Source: Octopus sinensis
Taxonomy: Eukaryota
Direction of reading: 5' to 3'
Length of the DNA stretch: 64,000 nt
Assembly (NCBI RefSeq): GCF_006345805.1
Contig: NC_042998.1
Location: 62,124,001-62,188,000, forward strand
How positions within the stretch are numbered: the stretch's first letter is position 1; every line of letters begins with the position of its first letter. This document shows positions 11,511-21,960 of this stretch, one piece after another. The translations under genes were made by a program, and so were the position numbers. The notes beneath the pieces are model-generated. The model was not told where the DNA came from. It made no database searches and saw only the letters and a program-made list of their open reading frames with translations.

Positions 11511-11732
11511 CCCTTTCGTTACCATATTTATTTCGAGATGCTCTGTGTTTCTTTCAATTGATTTTAAATATAACAAAGAATTTAGTAAAATAACTTAGTT
11601 ATCATTAAGCTAGTGTTAGGAACATAAATTGTGACTAAGTTTTGGAGGAAGATTTTAATTCAAAACTTATGGAAACAAGACGTTAGTACTACAGAACCAG
11701 AGGCAGTTTCAGCCGGGTTGGTATCAAAAGGG
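11511..11732. mobile_element. TTAA-flanked (piggyBac-type) MITE, family A
   Basis: TTAA-ccctttcgttacc ... ggtatcaaaaggg-TTAA; homologous copies at 51384-51599 and 62128-62347 in the opposite orientation. Confidence 0.85.
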
Positions 11733-12153
11733 TTAAAAACATGTGATGTAATCCTTTCAAAATGATTTCTAAGAAGAAAAGAAACTAATGAACATATTAG
11801 TTTGCAGAATATTTCCTTCTGATCCAGAGTAACTGCTACTCATGGGACAAGAAAAATCTAGAACAGCGAGAACAACAAGCATAAGGTTTCAGCAATAGAA
11901 CAAAAAAAAGTTAAATGAGATGGAAGTACTTCAAAAACAAATAAATGAACAAATATTTGTTTAAAAAAAACGTGGAAATAGCAATCAAAATAAAGACATT
12001 CTAAAAACAAATGTGCTTCAAAAATAATTTTATTTTTAATAACAAGTAATTTCTTACATAGGTTCAAGACTTTCAAATTCAGGGAAGCTATAGTCTTTTG
12101 TTTCAGTCACTGGATTATGGTCATGCTTGGGTACCACCTTCAAGAGTTTAGTT

Positions 12154-12727
12154 CATAGGTTCTCAAAGTGGGCACTACCGCACCCCACCCCAGTGGTCAT
12201 TGAGAGGGCCCAGGTGGGTGCTGATGTCTGGGGTGGGGGCAGAGAAAATGGAAGCATTGGGAGGCTATGAATTTATATTATAGTAATGTATACAAATTAT
12301 ATATTAAATATCAAATGATTCATAGTACATATAAATTAGTAAAATTATCATCATCATCATTTAACGTCCGTTTTCCATGCTAGCATGGGTTGGACGGTTC
12401 GACTGGGGTCTGGGAAGCCAGGAGGCTGCACCAGGCTCCAGTCTGATCTGGCAGTGTTTCTACAGCTGGATGCCCTTCCTAATGCCAACCACTCCATGAG
12501 TGTAGTGGGTGCTTTTTACGTGCCACCTGCACAGGGGCCAGAGGAGGCTGGCAATGGCCATGATCGGTTGGTGCTTTTTACGTACCACCGGTACGGAAGC
12601 CAGCCAAGGTGACACTAGTAGTAAAATATAAGATATTTATTTATTCATAAAAATAGGGGTGTGGGAGCTGAGGGTATTATGTAGCCATGAAGGGGGGGGC
12701 ATGGCCCAAAAAGTTTGAGAACCTCTG
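12154..12727. mobile_element. hAT (Charlie-type) MITE carrying a nested RTE-tail copy (about 12347-12615)
   Basis: TIRs cataggttctcaaa and tttgagaacctctg; perfect 8-bp TSD GTTTAGTT at 12146-12153 and 12728-12735; interrupts a SINE fragment. Confidence 0.88.
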
Positions 12728-12977
12728 GTTTAGTTGAACAAATCCACCCCAGTACATTGTTTAAAACACAAAACACAAGTTTACAAAGCAATTTTCCCAG
12801 CTACACTGCCCATTTCTATTGACTTCAGGATTTGACTGCTATTATATTTTATCAACCTTGAGAGAATGAAAGGTCAAGCTGACATCAGCAGGATTTGAAC
12901 ACAGAATATACAAAGAACCAGAACAAATACATGGCATTTTGTCTGACAATCCTGTGATTTTGCCAACCCACCTATTA

Positions 12978-13195
12978 TTCTTTTCTACTCTAAGCACAAG
13001 GCATAAAATTTTGCGGGAGTGGGGGGGCAGTTGATTAGATCAACCCCAGTATGCAATTGGTACTTAATTTATCGACCCCGAAAGAATGAAAGGCAAAGTC
13101 GGCCTCGGTGGAATTTGAACTCAGAACGTAAAGACAGACGAAATACCACTAAGCATTTCATCCGGCTTGATAACATTTCTGCCAGCTCACCACCT
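12978..13195 (-). mobile_element. tRNA-derived SINE, family 2 (gagctggcagaa...ctgagttcaaattcc...ggggtcgataaa)
   Basis: A/B-box-like head and conserved body. Related copies near 20930, 22110-22560, 40615, 44926, 48405, 52430, 56590 and 62985. Confidence 0.85.
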
Positions 13196-13400
13196 ATTAT
13201 TACAACCACATCATATATCCTGTCTGTGTGGTAGATAGACAGTACAAGTTCAAGAGAAAAATATAGATTCTTTTTGAAGTTCATCAAACAAAGACAAAAT
13301 GGGAAACATGGTCAGAATATGTAATTTAAGGTGACAAACTGGCAGAACCGTTACTCTGCCAGAAGAAATGCTTAGCAGTATTTCTCCCGACTTTTGTTCT

Positions 13401-13963
13401 CATTATTTACATTTGACAGATATTTGTTTGTTGTTAGCACCATCAGATGTCTTGGGGAAATTTCGAACCTGGGTTCTCATTCCTAAGGTGTTTTTCGATG
13501 TGTTATTATTGTTATTACTTTTCAGGTCACTGCTTGGAATCGAACTCGGAATCTTGGGGTTAGTAGCCTGCGCTCTTAACCAATATGCCATATGCAATTA
13601 TGGAGTGAATTTTAAGGCTTATAAATCTAATATTTTTCTATCCTTCCGTAACATTAGATTTATAAGCCCCAAAATTAACTCCATAATTGCCCACAGGCAT
13701 ATGGCGTAGTTAAGAGCACGGGCTATTAACCCCAAGATTCCAAGTTCGATTCCAAGCAGTGACCTCAATAATAATAATAACATTGAAAAATACCTTAGGA
13801 ATGAGAACTCAGGTTCAAAATTTCCCCAAGACACCTAATGAAAGCTGGAGGGTAAATCAGCCAAAACATTGTGTTAACAACAAACAAGATGAGGACAAAT
13901 ATCCATCAAATGTAAATAATGTAAACAATGTACATAATTCTTCATCTCTTAAATATAGAACTG
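13401..13963. mobile_element. Palindromic composite: two outward-facing tRNA-like heads fused to hammerhead-bearing Penelope-like LTR tails, around a central hairpin
   Basis: Left arm 13401-13594 is the reverse complement of right arm 13696-13921. Heads carry A-box (tggcatattgg / tggcgtag) and B-box (gagttcgattcc). Central hairpin at 13595-13689; decayed hammerhead at 13830-13875. Confidence 0.75.
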
Positions 13964-14269
13964 TTTTGTTCTCGGTTCAAATGTTGCTGGGGTTAATAAA
14001 ATAAGTGCCAGTTAACCTCTGGGGTTGATGTAATTGACTTACCCACCTACCCCCAAATCATTGGCCTTGTGCCAAAATTTGAAACCAATATACATAATAC
14101 ACTAAGTGTCTGTGTATATAAAATATTTTTTGTGAGTAACACTTCAGTGTTTGAAGCTTTTGGATTTGTTCCACTTTATGAGATATATTTTCTAAACCAT
14201 GAATCGTCAGCCGACATGCCATGCTTGAAGAGACCTATTGAGTCAAGTAAAATCAAAAATCAAAATTAA

Positions 14270-14725
14270 AATCACAATCAAATTGAAATCAAAATGGAAA
14301 TTGTGGCTGATACCAGTACTGCCTGACAGGCTCCCGTGCCTTGGTGGCATGCAATAAGCACCATTCATGCATGGGTCATTGCTAGTACTGCCTGACTGGC
14401 TCCCCAGTGTCGGTGGAATGTAAAAAGCACCATCTGATGCCAGCCCCACCACTCCAACTGGCTCCTGTGCTGGAAGCATGTAAAAAGCACCATCCGAACA
14501 TGGCTGATGCCAGTGCCGCCTGACTGGCTCCCATGCCAGTGGCATGTAAAAAGCACTCACTACACTCTTGGAGTGGTTGGTGTTAGGTAGGGTATCCAGC
14601 TGTAGAAACCTTGCCAGATTAGACTGGAGCCTGGTGCAGCCTCCTGGCTTGCCAGTCCTCAGTAAAACCATCCAACCCATGCTAGCATGGAAAACGGACG
14701 TTAAACAATGATGATGATGATTTGA
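14270..14725 (+). mobile_element. RTE-LINE 3'-tail repeat with multiple internal tandem units
   Basis: Repeated gtggcatgtaaaaagcaccat units followed by the conserved body and a (GAT)n tail. Confidence 0.85.
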
Positions 14726-16469
14726 CACAAACAGGATTTATTCCATTTAATTTTTGCATTTGATAGTTCATTCTGTTGTCTTCAGTGTCTCATGATGCTT
14801 AACTAATGTTTTAATGTTCATAAATTCTGAAACTTTGCCCAACATTGCAACATTCATAAGGAATTTCGGGACAACTTTATGGATACCTGTGCAAGAATTA
14901 TAGCTAAAAATTCATTCAGTTGTTATGCTCAACCCAAGAAAAGGTTTACTAAACTGGATCAGACTTATCATCAGAGATTTGAGACTTCATCATCATTTAA
15001 TATTCATCTTCCATGCTGGCATGGGTTAGATGGTTTGACAGGAGCTGGCAGGCCAGAGGACTATGCTAATTACTACTGTCATTCTTTGGCATGGTTTTTG
15101 CAGCTGGAAACCCTTCCTAATGCCAACCACTTTACAGAATGGACTGGATGCTTTTTACATGGATTCAGCACCAGTGAGACCTATTTAGAAACTAAATCTG
15201 GCAGCAACAGAGAAGCTGTGCTCCATACCAAGAGTGAATTTAACTCCAGGTGATACATCTTTACCTTTTAATTTGAAAAGGAGGCATTTCTCTGTTATCT
15301 CTTCATTTGCTATGACTACAAATAAGTCTCAGGGTCAATCATTTGATATTATTAGGAGTATACCTGCCAAAGACATTGTTTAGCCATGGTCAACTCTATG
15401 TTGTTTTAAGCAGAACAATAAACACGAACAATTTGCAATTACAGACTGAAACTTCAAAAGACAAAGGTGTATCAGTACCTCCTCCTATTTTCATTAGCTT
15501 TTGTAGTTAATCATACTTGTATAGTATTTTCGAAGTGATAAATATAATTTTATTTTACCTGATATTTTGGTATTTTATTTTTGGCGTTAGGAAGGGCATC
15601 CAGCTGTAGAAACACTGCCAGATCAGACTGGAACCTGGTGCAGCCTTCTGGTTTCCCAGATCCCCAGTCGAACTGTCCAACCCATGCTAGCATGGAGAAC
15701 GGACGTTAAACGATGATGATTTACTTCCACATACACTCTTTATAAAATTTCAACAATACCTCAATCATTATTGACAACTTGGTTACTTGAGTATAAATAT
15801 AAACAGGTTAATGCACCATATGTGACTGTGCGTGTGTGAGAGAGAGTATATGTGTTAACCGTATCTCTTTCAGTGATAGCAATCATGTCATCAAACGTGA
15901 CATTAGTGGTCATTTTAATACACACATGTATCATGAAAAATGTCCCAACAGTGATTATCTCGTGTTTCTGTCCACATAGGATCGACACTATCCTAACTTC
16001 CTTTCTCTTTCTTTAAATGGCAAGTTGTTAATTTGAAATTTGGCTGTTATTTCTGCCAGGCCGATCGAACATGTCCTATGTTGTTTTGGTTTCATTATCA
16101 ATCACGCAGTTATATGCACCTAAAAAACCCCAAACATCGCCAGATTAATTATTATTTAATTAGAGATAATTATTGATAATCAGAGTCGTGCTTAGCTCAA
16201 AATACACACACATACATTATATATATATATATATATAGACACACATACACGCGCATGTTCACGTATGAGTTTGTGTGAGCAGGTACTTTTTTCACCTACT
16301 TCATTTCAACAGGTGATGACATCGATAAAGTAAATATAAACAAATGAACATCTGAAAAGTTGATACTTACGTCAGTTAATAATTAAACTTGTTTTAATTT
16401 TAAAACAGGTTTTAATCTAATAAACAACTATAATCAAGAGAAACAAGTAAAACATTGAAATAGATAAAT

Positions 16470-17162
16470 TTAATAACAGATACATATTTCATTGAGAGAT
16501 GTGATAGGCGTTCGACATACAATACAGACGTGATTAGCATTTATAACAGTCTTGGCACATTTCAAACATAAGCAGACATGTCCACAGGGAAGAAAAAGAG
16601 CACTTCGGTCGTTTTGAAAACACAACACGCACTTTAGAGAAAGATTGTCTCTATTGTGGTTAATACTTTGGTATTGTAGTAGGTTGTTATATATATCACC
16701 ATTGTTCCTGGTATTTTGTTGGTTGGAACGGTTTGGGGTAACATTAGCAGCAGATGTACGGAAGAAATTCTCCACAGTAGAACAGATCCAAGTAAGTATT
16801 AAATATATAGGCATTGAGAAAAGGATTTTTTGTAACGTGATCCATTTATAAAAACACTTTATAAACATACAAACAGATGTAACAATGTAATCACATATGA
16901 ACATTAAATAACCGATGAAGCTGACAGGAAGGAAATGACCGCAACCTAAAGTGTCGACGACTCTCAGAAAATCTTGGTAATGGTCCTGGAATAATTCCAC
17001 AAACATCTGTCGGATTATCACATAAAGCGGTTTGAAAGTTAGACCCCAAACATGATTGATACTTTCCCCGAGTGTGGAAGGAATATAAGTGATGACGAAG
17101 CAAAATACATTTACAATGACTAAAATATGAATTAAGTTACCAATTAATCTCGCAAATCCCAT
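16470..17162 (-). CDS. Intronless multi-pass membrane RING-finger protein (RNF26-like putative E3 ubiquitin ligase), about 230 aa
   Basis: Uninterrupted ORF. The first in-frame ATG is at 17162; the track start at 17177 is GTG. Three hydrophobic segments, a polar linker, then C-x2-C-x11-C-x-H-x3-C-x2-C-x10-C-x2-C with LFLPCGHVCLC at the extreme C-terminus, the architecture of RNF26-type ligases. Orthology not verified. Confidence 0.8.
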   Translation of the reverse strand: MGFARLIGNLIHILVIVNVFCFVITYIPSTLGESINHVWGLTFKPLYVIIRQMFVELFQDHYQDFLRVVDTLGCGHFLPVSFIGYLMFICDYIVTSVCMFIKCFYKWITLQKILFSMPIYLILTWICSTVENFFRTSAANVTPNRSNQQNTRNNGDIYNNLLQYQSINHNRDNLSLKCVLCFQNDRSALFLPCGHVCLCLKCAKTVINANHVCIVCRTPITSLNEICICY

Positions 17163-17239
17163 TTTAAAGCCATTCACATGGTGTTGTTGCCAAAGATTTT
17201 GGCAAGAGTCCTTTTTTTTTTTACGAAGAAATGGTATAA

Positions 17240-17840
17240 GTATCTGTTAGACAATTGAACACAGGAACAACTTACTGAAGTTGTTTGTAAAAATGGAGAC
17301 GGATTTTGAATCCGAAACGAAAAATACTTTTACATTTAATAAAGTTAAATTATAAAAAGGAACATTTTTATGAATACGAAATAACAATTTTATTTGCAAT
17401 CTGTTTACTGTTTACCAACACCACTTTTTCTCTTTCTTTTTGTTTTGGACCATTTTTTAAAAACTTTCACTCTGAGAATTGAAAAAAAGTATACATCTAT
17501 AGCTGGAACGAAAAATATTAGAAACATTGTGTAATGTTTTCCCTCGCTACAAAAGCATTTCGAATTAGATAATCAGTACATTAAATACGTACTGAACTAT
17601 TATTCTTAATGTGAATTGCATCTCTACGTTGCAAAACTCGATAAATTATGTCGACGGAAACTTTAAAAATGATTGCCAGATTAATCCTGATACCCCATGT
17701 TTAAAGTGTTAATGGGATTCATGTGTGTGTAAAATTTTATCAGCTGCTGAAAATTCTAAGTTTCCCCGGTTCCGATTTTCGCGCGAAGATCAGAGACGTG
17801 AAACTAAGAGTAACGATTCTGGAAGTCCTCAGTTTCCAAT
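17240..17840. promoter_or_regulatory. CpG-retaining promoter-like region upstream of the RING gene
   Basis: CpGs retained relative to the flanks; perfect palindrome TTCGCGCGAA at 17778-17787 (E2F-like); possible minus-strand acceptor tgtctaacag near 17235. Confidence 0.45.
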
Positions 17841-19384
17841 AAAATTTATTTCACTTTACATTTAGTATTAAGTACTCTCATTTCTCTTTTCCTTTGGTTT
17901 TTTTTTCTTTTTTCTTATTTGCCCAAAACTTATCATCGTCATCATTTTATATCGATTTTTCTTGTAGGCATGGGTTGGACAGAGTATCACAAAGTTTCAA
18001 GGATATTACTCACTTAGATGAATAGGGTCCGTTATTAGATGGATAGGGACCTCAGTCAAACCGACCAACCCATGTCAGCATGGAAAGCGGATGTTAAATG
18101 ATGATATATATATATTTGCCACATGAATTACAATGAAAAAAATATGAGAAAGATATGGCATATAATGTTTCTTGTGAGGGGATCCTTCGGACTTGTAATT
18201 TATTTTAAGGGTAAAAAAGGTTGAGAAACACAAAAAAAGACCAATGGATATTTAGTCAGCTTTTTACATTCTGATTTCAAATCCAATCAAAGTCAACTAT
18301 GGTCTCATTCCTCTATGGTCAATAAAATAAAGTATTAATCAAATACAGAGGTGGATGATATCAATTAAACACCTTCCTTGAAATTTCTGGCTCTGTGCTT
18401 GTATTAGAAACAATTATTAAGACAAAATAAACAGTAGGGAGATGAATTAGTATCACATGGGTAGAAACACTGTACAGTATTTAACCAATAAGCTTTTAAA
18501 CTGGCCACATCTAGCCAGGTCTGACTTCTAACACCTACCCTACAATGACATTCTAAAAATATACAATCACATCATTGAAATCTCAAAGCTATAAGATAAA
18601 ATATGATTAATTCAAAGCAACGTGAATAAATAAATATTACAATTAACAGAGTAATCTGAATGCTAAATGCTTAATATCATCACTTCACATTCTGTTTAAC
18701 TCATAAGCCCCATTTCCCTTTTTACCCAACCCACCAAAAGAAATTGTGACCTTGAGCTTACATAAAAAAAAAATCATTGTTTTATAAAATAAATATGTTG
18801 ATTGCATCCTGTTTAAGTGCTTTCTCCTGCCCCCCTCTCTCTCTTCGACTCACCAGTGCAATATGAATTCATACTGGAAACATGTTATCGTGACATTATA
18901 CTGAAAACTGCTAATTTCAAAAGCTGACAATGAGAAAGGAGGATAAATACACATTGATGAATCACATTTCTTATCTTAAATCTGATAAATTGACAATGCA
19001 AATTAATAAAGATAAGAGGTTAAAAAAAGACAACAGACACAATATTAACCAGTTGGCATGGCTGAATAGCTAAGAAGTTTACTTTGTGACCATGTTGTCT
19101 GAGGTTCAATCCTGCTGCATGGGATCTCAGCCAAGTGTCTTTATCCACACCCTTAGACCAACAAAATCCTTATAAATGAAATTTGGTGGATAGACATGGC
19201 TGTGTTGTTAAGAAGATTGATTTGTAATCATGTGGTTTCAGATCCAGTCTCACTACACAGCATCACCTTCGGCAAGTGTCTTCTGCTATAGCCTGGGGCC
19301 ATCCAATGCCATGTAGGTAAATTTCTTGGGTGGTTACTGTATAGAAACCCATTGTGTAAACATACATGTATATATACATACATA

Positions 19385-19775
19385 CAGATTACAAGTTCAG
19401 GTTTATACCTGTAATTATTGGAGCACTGGGATATGTAACGCACTGCCTAAATTCCAGTCTTGAGAAATTAGGCTTCTCAAAACCAGAAATGAGAAAGCTG
19501 ATTCAAAGACTACAGATCCCATCCATCACTGAAACTGTAAAAATCTGTAAAGCTTTCATGAAGATTATCATTTAAATTGATAGGAGCATGTCTAGATGTG
19601 CAACTATATGCATGAGAATATATAGAACAAAATATGCAAATCTGCACATATACATACATACATACATACATACTCTGTTGTTGATGTTGAAATTCCAATG
19701 AAGGAGCCTTGGATCTAGGTTAGAAACAAGCTCTTTCTCTCTTGACAAGAAATCTTGAAATAAAACTGGATAATG
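19385..19775 (+). mobile_element. R4/Dong-like LINE 3' end
   Basis: YKFRFIPVIIGALGYVTHCL...IPSITETVKICKAFMKIII* followed by a 3' UTR; flanked by (CATA/ACAA)n. Confidence 0.82.
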
Positions 19776-20554
19776 AAATACATATATACAAACAAACATA
19801 CAAACAAACAACAGTATGTTGTTATACATTGCTGGTCACAATGTGCTTCATTGTTTTTTAGCTTTCAAATTATTCCATCCCACTGGTGCGACAAGCAGGC
19901 CAACATTCCCACCCCTACTGACTGGAAGGCTATTCTGTCACTAGAAAGGAACATGAAATGAAATAATTTGCTCAAGAACACAACGTGCCATCTGGTCCAG
20001 GAATTGAACTCATGATCTAGTGATCATGAGTGCAACACCCTATTCACTAAACCATGCACCTTCATGCACACACACACACACACACATGCATGTTTAAGTT
20101 TATGTTTTATTGCCTACCACCAGTTGACAACTAGTGTTGGTTTGTTTACATCCCTGTAGCTTAGCAGTTTGAAAAAAGAAACTGATAGAATAAGTACCAG
20201 AATTGATAACTACTGAGCTCAGATTGTTTAATTAAACCTTTCAAAGCAGTGCTCCAGCAGAGCTATAGTCCAATGACCAAAACAAGTAAATGGTAAAATG
20301 TGTAAAAACTGAGCAGAAACCTGCCATACGGACCACCATCTTAGTTCATGGGTAGAAGACATAAGTGTCCCTTGGTTTAACGCCAACATCTGGTCTTTGA
20401 GAGCCTTTAGAAAAGTTACACTGTATTGCTAGAAAGTAAGTTAGATCCTTGGTTTGAGTATACTTATTCCAATATTACTGCTACTCTTGAAGGTGGAGGT
20501 CCTAAAAAAATATTTATAGGTGCTGTGGTTCCTCATTGGATGCAGTCATAAAAA

Positions 20555-20720
20555 ATCATTAAAAAATTCATAGCTGGCCTATGTTCTTTACTAATCTGCC
20601 TTTTGTTTCCACTTCATCTGGTGTGTGTCCACAGCTTACATTGGGCACAGTGTACAGAGTTAACGCCTACTCCTTTACTGCATATTAAGCAAGGCCAGTT
20701 TACTTCTTGTAGCAGACATT
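20555..20720 (-). mobile_element. RTE-LINE ORF2 fragment (Cys/His motif)
   Basis: Minus strand NWPCLICSKGVGVNSVHCAQCKLWTH matches the motif at about 10170-10260. Confidence 0.7.
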
Positions 20721-21192
20721 CACAAATCCCCATGCCATCATTTCCATAATCTCACTACTTTCCATTGTGCCTATGTTTATGGTTGCAGCCCTGGAAATTT
20801 GGAATCCACAGGCAGAAGGGATGAAGCTTTGGCAGGAAGACTGTTGGATGATTGATGCATAACTGTATGAATGCATCTGCATTTGGGAGAAGAAGGGTCG
20901 TGCCATTGCTTACTGGTAGCTAGCAGAGTTGACAGATTATTATTATTATGTCTGTTCTATAATGCAGTGAGCCAGCAGAATCATTAGCATGCTGGACAAA
21001 ATGCTTAGTAGCATTTTGTTCATCTTTACATTCTGAGTTCAAATTACACTGATGTTCACTTTGTCTTTCATTCTTTCAGGGTCAATAAAATAACTATTGG
21101 TCAAGCACTGGGATTGATATTATTGACTAGCTCCAGATAAACTGCCATCAGTCCCAAATTTCAGACCTTGTGCCAATAGTAGAAATATTATA

Positions 21193-21372
21193 CAGTTCTA
21201 TACTTGAGAGATGAGGAATTCTGTGCATTATTTACATTTAACATATATTGTCCCCATCTTGTTTGTTGTTAACACAATGTTTCAGCTGATGTACTCTCCA
21301 GCCTTCATCAGGTGTCTTGGGGAAATTTCAAACCTGGGTTCTCATTCCTAAGGTATTTTTCGATGTTATTGT
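21193..21372 (-). mobile_element. Penelope-like LTR fragment with hammerhead motif at 21271-21316
   Basis: Minus strand GACAC-CTGATGA-A-GGCTG-gagagtacat-CAGCT-GAAA-CAT-T-GTGTT; same family as the 13.4-13.9 kb and 63.4-63.8 kb copies. Confidence 0.75.
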
Positions 21373-21960
21373 GTGGTAAGTAGCTTGCTTACCAACCACA
21401 TGGCCCTGGGTTCAGTCCCACTGCTGGTACCTTGGGAAAGTGTCTTCTACTATTGCCTTGGGCCAACCAAAGCCTTGTGAGTGGATTTGGTAGATGGAAA
21501 CTGAAAGAAGCCTGTCATATATATATAAATTCGATGACTGGCATCCGTGCTAGTGGAGCGCTAAGAGCACCATCCAAGGATGATTGTTGCCAGAGCAGCT
21601 AACTGTCTTCCACGCTGGTGACATGTAAAAAGCACCATTTGTGCATGATCATTACCAGCGTCGCCTTACTGGCATGTGAAAAAAACATTTGAGCAAAGTC
21701 ATTGCCAGTGCAGGTGGCACGTAAAAAACACTATTTGTGTGTGGGCACTGCCAGTACCACCTGACTGGCCCTCGTGCTGGTGGCACATAAAAGCACCACT
21801 ACACTCTCGGAGTGGTTGGCATTAGGAAGGGCATCCAGCTGTAGAAACGCTGCCAGATCAGATTGGAGCCTGGTGCAGCCATCTGGTTTGCCAGACCTCA
21901 GTCAAATCATCCAACCCATGCTAGCATGGAAAGCAGACGTTAAACAATGATGATGATGAT
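21372..21960 (+). mobile_element. SINE family 1 head followed by an RTE-tail repeat
   Basis: gtgtggtaagtagcttgcttacc head to about 21530, then RTE-tail units and a (GAT)n tail. Confidence 0.8.

Noticed and set aside
13696-13765. tRNA gene call for this and other A/B-box heads (e.g. 33050-33118, 51022-51090)
   Set aside because: I could not close an acceptor stem, and each head continues into a repeat body, so they are treated as SINE heads.
14935-14985. Additional CTGATGA-containing hammerhead candidate on the minus strand (also 50875)
   Set aside because: Helix II and the GAAA core cannot be formed; either too decayed or coincidental.
17163-17179. Track start of the RING ORF at 17177 (235 aa)
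   Set aside because: That codon is GTG; the first in-frame ATG is at 17162.
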